Shown here: one piece after another, positions 31,001 through 33,036 of the stretch | Numbering within the stretch: position 1 is the stretch's first letter | Layout: every line of letters starts with the position of its first letter | From: a virus | Taxonomy: Duplodnaviria > Caudoviricetes | DNA: 33,036 bases | Virus record (IMG/VR): IMGVR_UViG_3300005805_000270 | Location: 1 to 33,036 of that record | Strand: one strand, 5' to 3' | Translations under genes and position numbers: made by a program | The notes under the pieces: generated by a model | Databases searched by the model: none | What the model was told of the DNA's origin: nothing | The model's input: only the letters and a program-made list of their open reading frames with translations

Positions 31001-32893
31001 GAGACACAAGTATTTGCAGGTAATAATACTGTAGGGCCCTATAGTTTAGATAATTATGTAGGTGATGCTAATGTTGATAATGCAATTGTTGAAATAAATG
31101 GATTGAGAGTTACAGGAGCAGACTATACAATCGATCCTAACTTAAATGAAATTACGTTCACATCTTCAGTTGCTTCCAGCGATACTATAGCCGTAACAAC
31201 ATATAATTTAACTGATAGACAATACTTTAACACACAATATGGTTTAACAGGAAGAACAGTTGCTCAAATAGCTGATGTAAACAATACAATTACTGCGCCT
31301 CTAGCTGTTGTTAACTGTACGAATACCACAACAGGAACTAATTTGATAACTTGTGTGACAACTGCAGGCTTCGCTGCCGGACAAACAATTATCTTTAAGG
31401 GAACTGGTTTTGGTGGAATAGCAACAAACGGCACTGTTTATTACGTGAGTGCAGTAACAAGTGGTACACAATTTACAATTTCTGCAACACAAGGTGGTCC
31501 TGTTCTTGCATTGACCACAGCATCAGGATTAATGGTTGCGACTGTAGGTGGACAACCGGCAGTAAGGGTAACTACAACAAGCGCACACAACTTTACTTCA
31601 CCAACTAATGGTAATGAACTTGTAAGAATTGACGGAACATTAGGATCTATTCAACTTAATAACAATGAGTACTATGTTCATGTAATTAATAGTACACAAG
31701 TCGATTTATACACTGAGCCGTACGATCCTGCAGTTACAGCCGTTAATTCACCAGTTACTAATATTTCTAGCTATATAAGCGGTAGTGGTGGATATATTTT
31801 TAATTCAGATTCTTATACTATCGTCACAACCGAAGTAACTGCAACATCAACTAGCCCAACGTTGGGTAATAGATTGACTGTTGCTGACAGTTCTATATTA
31901 ATTGTAGGTACTCCTGTAATATTTACAGGCACTACATTAGGCGGAGTAAACTTAAATCAAACATATTATGTAAAAGAAATTCCTACTCCGACAACCTTTA
32001 CAATATCAGAAACACGTAATGGTGATGAAGTAATATTAACTAATGATTCTGGCCCACCTAACATGCAAGTTACACAGTGGGAACAGATAAATGTCGATAG
32101 ATTATGGGTTACTATTAATGGATATAGAGTACCTTCTTCTTCATTGAGGTTAAATTCTGATAACCAGTTAAGCATTTTAGCTGCAATTACTAGTGGAGAT
32201 GAAGTCATCATAACTAGCATGATGCCGACTGCTACGCCAAATGAAGAAGTGTATCTGCTGAATGTAAACCAAGAAGAAGTGGGAACAGTGTATCGTGCAA
32301 ACACACAAACTAGAACTTGGCTGACTCAACCATTAACAAACACAAGTTCTACTATATATGTCAATGATGTAACTCGTTTAACTGATGTTGTCGTTCAACA
32401 AGAAATTGCACCTGCTCCGATAGACAACATATATTCTATTGGATTAACCGCAGACAAACGAATTATTTCGGACATTACAGTTTATAACAATACTACTGGC
32501 CAATACATTGCTTCGAGTGCATTTAGTATAAAAATTGTCAATTTGTCACCGATCTTGCAGATTACAGCAGGGGCATATATTGCAGCAGGAAATTCTCTAA
32601 CAATTACCGTTTTAGAAGGAAATCTATTGTATATTAACGGGGAACAAATCAAATTTACTACAGTAGATTTGGCTAATAATACACTGTCAGGATTACAAAG
32701 AGGTACAAATGGTACAGGTGAACAAACGTTTATTCCAAAATATGCAGAGGTGTTTGGATTATTGTCTAACAATGAAATGACTATTCCCGACTATTCTGAA
32801 ACTTGGAATTCTAACGTATATTCCACAGAGGGAGATCCATTGCAGATAAGCATAACTGAGCCTGCAATTTTCTTAAGAACCGACATAAGTTGA
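13097..32893 (+). CDS. Giant 6598-aa multidomain virion protein in the gp7 baseplate-wedge position, probably a wedge plus adhesin/receptor-binding scaffold
   Basis: Uninterrupted 19.8-kb ORF directly after gp6. Starts with a wedge-like LNFLPEIFQT...FLAATLDQ and contains FG-GAP-like blades, Asp-boxes, repeated YYV domains and Ig-like repeats. The ORF itself is certain; the function is inferred. Confidence 0.7.
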   Translation: MATRIRTLNFLPEIFQTKTNAQFLAATLDQVVAQPETKKIEGYIGSKFGYGIDARDYYVTEPTKVRTDYQLDPGVVFTKKNESVAQDFISYPGILDALKLEGGLVDNNNRLFNSEFYSWDSFTNLDKIINFNQYYWIPEGPASVVVSSETVFSTNDYVVRDLPNGYNIVPLTASESGGSVNPTITLLRGGTYTFAVNQSSQFWIQGQPGVTGFSPTQPNLQTRDVYGVNNNGASVGVITFTVPPKDAQDEYNLPGNNLVDVVSTVPFSSINGQPVSALGNIDGVTSLENLTVMFYNTGEPNEVGYVSNFFDFTPYDENNNLTGAVTVTVTATTAGTNAITCNSTANLAVGNAITFTGTPFGGLAQYSATLPNTIYFVESIINSTQFTVSLSVGGPEVILSTATGSLTGNANQGLYEQGYYTNVNENFYRITYVGSPSEPVIRLVPYAEIPINEKITAVYGTQWISRNFYRNNLGTILLIPYISAPLDTLYYQDGSSTTKVGIIRIIESNALNTLDVERDILSQLQFTATNGVVFTNGLKVKFQGDVVPTSYLTGEYYVEGVGSGIELLPVENFIAPESFTASTYDPWDTLPWDASAWEGNSYIPVTPDYITIARNSIDKNAWSRSNRWFHIDVINATAGYNNNPNLITLYATPQYKAKRPIIEFYPNLKLFNSGSEGKNPVDFIDLRTTDAFSLVAGQQNYYPDVEVYTDYTATITSTNYTPNRSLNSYNLASKRFTCDSTAGFRVNDIIVFNDTPPALGITTGATYYVSEVVSGTLFTISSTKGGDNVGFTVDLPTGPYIGPWSLTWTPQSTTITVSASDITGAFSVGQYITDSTNQLPRNSQIVSISGTTTITLDVEWEEGSSGYIPTTTNAMLIATDTTNDNYSLFEGSTVIFAADTNPDVRNKIYVSRFSTVNGSSIPVITLTEVQDGDVLDEQQTVALRGYFNQGKEFWFNGSNWVDGQQKTDVNQPPLFDIFDSNGISFGNSDIYVGTSFVGCKLFAYGLGSGLDDSILGFPVRYSSVDNVGDISFDVSLNLDTFDYVQGNSPITQKVNTGYVFQYNNRIEYTRQIGWQTAVSPSVQYQIFQFDYDALVPNLVYKCDIKKLDSSDINWPTVEVYLNNVLLSHSEYTVSTTDDSTTITLTEYPVTDTVVQILLLSNQVSKTAYYSIPINLNNNPFNNDITIANVGDIRGQYQSMFFNNPDSEGQVFGPNNYRDLGNMVPWGSKIIQNSASVVLPGTFLRKQEHNLFNALMFNSKEYVKFKNLLVYTVQNADYAQRYDPSTMLDDALDQITAAKTDNQPFFWSDMLPNKAAFISNTYSFANSLDVSIYPLSKVYDFSKANYSGVLVYLKRSVNGTVVTKQLIKGTDYIVSTDAPSLTVTEDLLPGDVIIVKEYNQTYGSYVPNTPTKLGLYPAHIPQVVLDSNYATPTYFIKGHDGSYTKLYGEYDPINNILIDFRDQVLLEFELRIYNNLKLSATIPIEEYEIVPGFFRETDYTYEQWLYMYSSSFLNWIGQNRLDYKTQLYNNANTFTYNYYQSGNALTGAPITQGYWRGIYQYFYDTTNPNTAPWEMLGFTEMPSWWTNRYGPAPYTSDNLILWSDLAEGINWNNGNPIVIEKAKRPGLLEVIPVDESGNLLEPLECIVGNYNQKLFRRDWKIGDNSPVELSYRRSSTYPFDLIRLMALMKPAQFFNLAVDLDNYKFNTEFNQYLVNDRSHLIIKDIQVYGNGIAKTSYLNWIVDYEKQIGLAATENITELLDNLDVRLVYRLAGFSDKVLLKFFVEKGTPNSNNASLLIPDESYSVLLYDNQPFNRIVYSGVIIQISDDGNYLVFGNSQTSAYFTTLKPKFAGNWQTFEVEGVNLRITNDHYEQEQFVPYGTKFYSIQEVAQFLADYGAYLEYLGMQFKEQENELTLNWDQMIAEFMYWSQTGWESGSVVTLNPSAKTLVIDKDSNIVQPLTIQQSNFVLNQNLYPIQLNDLAVIREQTAFSVSALNDGDTISYGQFNLSNFEHGIVFDNVTLFGDIIYNLTTGLRQTRITLRGTKSALWDGTVNASGFIYNQNNIKEWSKLTKYTKGEIVTYKNKYWIATKVIQASEIFKEEDWKRTDYDEVQKGLLPNPSTRSYESTLYYDINQGNLEKDADQLSFSLIGYRPRDYLALADLTDITQVNIYRNLIKNKGTKNSVNAFRGANLPQGGIDYEVYENWAIKAGEFGGVLNNNFVEFRLNQKYLTGNPSIVGLTNGLYNTGVQQEVPLYSVFNYERPITNVNVLSTISPDEPSSIYPTAGYVNYNDVKLSAFFYSQLPIGVNKNDVVIPIQQFFVRDYAWVANYKERWEVFTPSSMGQVINAKNNLNETVTITFDRPHNLTQYQPFAVVNFDDNIDGYYLATVVIDSFKVLINKVLDVSIKNITGQGVGLKLTSQRVATPADIYSLPLLNTEFTKNTVWVDTDTNGSWGVYRKGLNYQLEDQLTKPLSESLGSAVAIGQQLGYLIGDADDGKVYRYTFNSLSETYQLIQTLTGGTSFGSTISYSGDLYAIAETNGAGRSVKLYQLQNTPESDDLVLYQNIPSPVVTVWGSAISISGDQYWIYISDVNNNTIYVYRRSYIPTPAGNFVPGETYTISSLGDTDFTLVGATTNVVGVSFIATGVGTGSGIAINSTYKQITTIDANALVLTTPGDNFGTSISTDYDGDCFVVGTPNQANGTISNWGYGYIFDRLVQNIEIQNNVVPATLQLAWTPTTVQKTVSATTSSGNFITLNNVTNISVDDPIVFTTSGSNLSGTNIVSDKVYYIDSIVGSTITIKESRFATTELTLGTNGSASAIAHVQTESLLVYKNGALVEDSNYAVINDTLLYTGTLTAGDILTVSGNEIYHIQTITTEESPQIGAQFGISLDTNTHASEIIVGAPFQLNSQLEEGVVYRFTDSGAKYGTIIGTQNCNVIAPRKILINGYLVYVTPGDATHVADIIKSVNITNVTASALEGKLVISLINSDLAPVNEKLFISVDGISTLAELGIQIFTQTQDITCPHTQGPTQFGTVVKFNEHDSFVASAPVGTRYSATTFDFIDDENQDNDTIFDNNATQWIDESPNFGAVYMFDYLSQYNENIYNTGKFVYAQSINSPNIVATPFNTYNQDSDVTENNQPRYGTALDFNEYSVIVGTPLDTGSTSGSTYSGSVTTYLNSLGVKDWSLYRYSSSVVDINKIFNLQIFSAETNNTLINLDYIDPIQGKILGAARENIDVVSNDDPAIYNNIPTVPGGIVWGASQVGKIWLNTTNMRYVDYHQNDDVVYNSQYWATLFPGSDVAVYSWIASNVIPAEYQGPGTPYQIDSYSIQYVINPAGSLTPVYYYWVRDTNTVFINSGKTLADSIIASYIASPKNSGISYFAPILPNVYGLYNSDEYINATDSVLHIGFATGNNDDPAHQQFNLIRDGYSSDFLPGVPLFADQTPESLYDRMLDSLCGVDETGAVVPNPYLPRAVQTGVLARPRQGFFFNRFVALKNYLQYANTVLAQYPITEIRQSSFLTSSGPFYDTADYWEFVNWWAPGYDDNTKSTLQVPIYADLSTLTVPVGTIVTVLTNVDGKAETYVYESTGIWKRIGLENGTIAFKAALWDYTSVRLGYGDNFFDTNLYDEYPSEETRKIVRALNEQIYVEDLLIHRNKSLILLFEYIQSETSESQNYLPWLNKTSFIDVSHTIRELRPIEVFQSDNQDFLAGYLNEVKPYHVVIKEFLFKYTGEELYAGNITDFDLPAKYNKSIEQFVTPQLVYSNPNGVNQFLPSNSIWQEEEYKQWFENNGVTLTGEENVQITTLTSYISLNTAFFAVDNAQGLPINGVLKIGNEHIGYSTVDRAYNIVSGLTRGVNGTQISAHIPGSLIYIDLPAVVLLNSGRGYTEPPKVIAYIDPVLYPEPTRPAILTAVMSLDSVLSVNVEDPGEGYAVLPTIKIDPAIVVDFSSADVSTLTNTIKLYAPLLQTGDLVQYKVLNGSTPIGGLENDQWYYINVLETVPTVIVGLYTNYFNAINNHDRISLFSTGTGNGHSLNLGARASAISTSYPIRENNITLRFDRTSYTSQVIDWIAGRYYGAYYAGSYSNSESVASSSITLQSSQPPISSILASAQGVAFEITDVRNERVVAYSSFIRYVQSTEVTDNSVRLTLQDDGSGNPNASGGTLGFYIGMPIKFVGEVGTSGIVNEAVYYVNSVLNQTDFTISSNSSGSPIVSLADYTIGPAGLECYVGEVTDTAVITVNYPGIRGVTETISGTNKLTIPLNVTGTGGTQGFYINLPIFFTGTDNSLANNGIFGGIVENQVYYVTTVVDDQTFTMSEFTDPLTFNVLSTDSVTDNISIDGDTTKISVNEPVIFNTMIVAGSEVTNFGNIISGETYYISAITGPSTFQISTSVNGAVFALSTVTAASNTSALLTSQANTVNLINATGDTMVVNISLPVSPGQVNGQRFTLYETSEQYPNLVGTDGSLITRGLAALIGERTIDGSPVNVNQVVLSNFNPGVSVALQLTNIYINMPVEISADLFDSASFLEPGTTYYVVDKGTIEVEVTNTSQITTGVTVNAGSFIVGRTYVIVTVGTTDFTLIGATSNTPGLIFTATGPGAGTGTANVVRNQLTCDTTESLFADMPIAFTGAGIGGVNIDVEYYVKEVVDDHHFTLTNTPGGLEIVVQTASGLMTGIGLPYIKLSTTVGGSEIDPGDTQQSAAINVASPAVVTVAEAPSNGTIVIFRNGTLPGGVSFGTPYYVQNATATTFEISLTPSGLPINSTGSAGTTTMIISTETTIDQTPLSTPQFDVSYILGGYRVIISTPASGYAVDNTITIAGTNMGGTTPANDLILTVNSIDSLGAITSVICAGTVPGNSNQYYLKVISPNEFELYQNALLTVPVSGLGLPYVGITETPVMSVASGTNIIALYDGTGFEVNDGIVFTGDLTATIGALQEGKTYYITSKATNDITVSEEPGGADVSIVTSTTVEFTAAKSGSFALLPEPFIFNQSIVKYNNRVYVCVVSNNDDEFVFGKWELLDSGDRRLNAMDRVYGYYAPTVNMPGIDLSQLFEGVTYPNSIYLGNAFQPDQQYPIDTVLQDQAFYPTSVDIKAISWNGITYLAPADTPTYSAVLGSIDTNEWDITKLANTPLSVTDIIYAGGYYIITTNNAATPVFRSSDGVTWTTNGYYTPYGSTPYSSTPYDMTALSVASISLNSVGYRNGIWVAVGENIVSSDDTYLWRERFVFTNPLLTNVLYSVSGIDTTNFAGYIAVGKGQQLNYSTGIGVTEDINLILTSSDGINWNQLPYVSSKGMYGITYNTANILTVGEDGIIYISDNGTNWLGVNEVKVLSANDSTNELNVTSTAGFAINNEVIFTESFNVFVAGTSYYVVNIISSTQIQVSATYGGSPVTLNASDPTVDTYMHLPYTFSLRDVHYANGFYVAVGDNGLIKVSSDGYTWTPHTSGVTENLNGVTYNADAGIWIAVGDNNTILTSVNNGVTWVSTSVFAPQPTIYDVQGAEFTFGYGPEELVPGVVTDNITMIVATRPGTNWDETIYQHVGYNVASIELQPTSGTQTQYSFDVGGVENVQNPAEIALYIINGTTGLGTAIYEGADYTVDWINFTVTLTAPLTYLPVSDKLRIDIYEVGNGNQLVKASTKTDPIRLNEVTGWNEIYVNCNYSGEIYDGSGVIRPATSPVDAICIETDAASNSILCEDVSGFVLNNAITFQGTTFGGIQEDTTYYVKTISYISKRITISLTYNGGTGTAGPTLSLTDGTGYMTAIISTGSGLVWTDPIIYHNGNKLLLGTTGTVTRTKASPINTVTCNTTSGLSVGNRVVFSDTMFGNTIVPQTTYYVASIYDFNEFRISEDSTATSAGSFLVGEEYVITTLGTTDFTLIGAVSNTIGVTFTATGAGTGTGTAWKILELDAATGGAEFISNDYTFGIADNGISASIIFSTGNYDASVDYITYTLFGETTPLQYGYTLPETQVFAGNNTVGPYSLDNYVGDANVDNAIVEINGLRVTGADYTIDPNLNEITFTSSVASSDTIAVTTYNLTDRQYFNTQYGLTGRTVAQIADVNNTITAPLAVVNCTNTTTGTNLITCVTTAGFAAGQTIIFKGTGFGGIATNGTVYYVSAVTSGTQFTISATQGGPVLALTTASGLMVATVGGQPAVRVTTTSAHNFTSPTNGNELVRIDGTLGSIQLNNNEYYVHVINSTQVDLYTEPYDPAVTAVNSPVTNISSYISGSGGYIFNSDSYTIVTTEVTATSTSPTLGNRLTVADSSILIVGTPVIFTGTTLGGVNLNQTYYVKEIPTPTTFTISETRNGDEVILTNDSGPPNMQVTQWEQINVDRLWVTINGYRVPSSSLRLNSDNQLSILAAITSGDEVIITSMMPTATPNEEVYLLNVNQEEVGTVYRANTQTRTWLTQPLTNTSSTIYVNDVTRLTDVVVQQEIAPAPIDNIYSIGLTADKRIISDITVYNNTTGQYIASSAFSIKIVNLSPILQITAGAYIAAGNSLTITVLEGNLLYINGEQIKFTTVDLANNTLSGLQRGTNGTGEQTFIPKYAEVFGLLSNNEMTIPDYSETWNSNVYSTEGDPLQISITEPAIFLRTDIS
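20519..22630 (+). repeat. Seven FG-GAP (integrin-alpha-like) propeller blades with inserted domains
   Basis: SLGSAVAI, SFGSTISYSGD, VWGSAISISGD, NFGTSISTDYDGDCFVVGTP, QFGISLDT...IIVGAP, QFGTVVKF...VASAP and RYGTALDF...VIVGTP, most followed by a G.VY.Y-type strand. Confidence 0.7.
20921..21058 (+). repeat. 46-aa AGxF..G..Y.I...G.TDFTL.GA..N..G..F.ATG.G.G.G.A module, copy 1
   Basis: AGNFVPGETYTISSLGDTDFTLVGATTNVVGVSFIATGVGTGSGIA; 28/46 aa identical to copy 3. Confidence 0.85.
26780..26917 (+). repeat. 46-aa module, copy 2
   Basis: AGSFIVGRTYVIVTVGTTDFTLIGATSNTPGLIFTATGPGAGTGTA; 35/46 aa identical to copy 3. 26825-26854 matches 30713-30742 at 29/30 nt. Confidence 0.9.
28370..29560 (+). repeat. 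Asp-box/BNR repeat beta-propeller (about 7 blades)
   Basis: GSIDTNEW, RSSDGVTW, SSDDTYLW, TSSDGINW, ISDNGTNW, VSSDGYTW and TSVNNGVTW, with L..V.Y..G..VAVG strands. Confidence 0.8.
30668..30805 (+). repeat. 46-aa module, copy 3
   Basis: AGSFLVGEEYVITTLGTTDFTLIGAVSNTIGVTFTATGAGTGTGTA. Confidence 0.9.
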
Positions 32894-32896
32894 AAG

Positions 32897-32907
32897 ATAA
32901 ATAAATA
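32897..32907 (+). promoter_or_regulatory. Late promoter motif(s) ATAAATAAATA
   Basis: GATAAATA just after the giant ORF stop. The first ATAAATA (32897-32903) is 6 nt before the ATG at 32910. No SD. Confidence 0.55.
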
Positions 32908-32909
32908 TT

Positions 32910-33036
32910 ATGAATGAAAAAACCTCAGAAAACAAGAAAAAAGAGCAAAAACCTGCTGAAAAGAAACCAAATGAACATCACCGGTCCGAAGGTTGTACCC
33001 ACCACGCTGCTGCCAAACTGCTGGAAGACGAACAGC
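32910..33036 (+). CDS. Truncated small K/E-rich hypothetical late protein (MNEKTSENKKKEQKPAEKKPNEH...); 3' part possibly chimeric
   Basis: Open frame from ATG 32910 to the window end, behind a late promoter motif. Base composition changes abruptly at about 32979. Confidence 0.45.
   Translation, partial: MNEKTSENKKKEQKPAEKKPNEHHRSEGCTHHAAAKLLEDEQ

Larger units (their letters stand above)
14069..32055 (+). repeat. About 17 dispersed copies of a ~65-80 aa YYV beta-domain (FCCH-like) in the giant protein
   Basis: Consensus N.ITC..T.G..VG..I.F.G..FGG.....YYV..I.....FTIS...GG..V.L, seen near 14069, 15293, 21320, 24950, 25585, 25840, 26070, 26620, 26725, 27200, 27790, 29084, 30140, 30470, 31307, 31560 and 31826 (approximate). 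Confidence 0.75.

Noticed and set aside
2622-32772. The many 60-153 aa ORFs overlapping the large genes, mostly antisense (e.g. 7459-7920, 31966-32304), plus 2732-2971 + and 22344-22538 +
   Set aside because: All overlap long, motif-bearing CDSs and have no recognisable motifs. They are expected shadows of codon bias.
13-32893. Stop-codon reassignment (no gene here ends in TAG)
   Set aside because: Coding density is already near complete under code 11, with a 6598-codon ORF free of in-frame TAG or TGA. Nine TAA/TGA stops are unremarkable in an AT-rich genome.
13097-32893. Intein or intron as the cause of the giant ORF (or of the gp55 insertion)
   Set aside because: No intein splice motifs (C/S...HN-C/S/T with block B) or LAGLIDADG/HNH motifs were seen, and the frame is continuous. 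The extra length is explained by structural repeats.
1-33036. CRISPR array, tRNA or rRNA genes
   Set aside because: The longest intergenic gap is ~125 bp and is occupied by promoter motifs. No regularly spaced nucleotide repeats or cloverleaf patterns were seen.

Overview
AT-rich fragment of a large T4-like (probably jumbo) myovirus genome. The minus strand at the left end carries the probable start of a gp46/SbcC-like gene, a gp47/Mre11-like nuclease and an enlarged gp55-like late sigma factor; gp47 and gp55 each have a sigma70-type promoter (TGTTGC-containing -35, 17 bp spacer). A divergent plus-strand baseplate operon follows: tube-initiator-like protein, gp53/LysM, hub, gp5/VgrG-like spike with an unusual ~760-aa C-terminal extension, gp25, gp6 and a single 19.8-kb ORF (6598 aa) in the gp7 position. 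TAAATA late-promoter motifs precede several of these genes. The most notable feature is the giant protein. It contains two beta-propellers (FG-GAP-like and Asp-box), about 17 copies of a ~65-80 aa YYV repeat, several V..NG/DY Ig-like domains and three copies of a 46-aa module, and these appear to be inserted inside one another up to three levels deep. The last ~58 bp are compositionally foreign and may be an assembly artefact. All functional calls come from motif reading and synteny; no database search was run.
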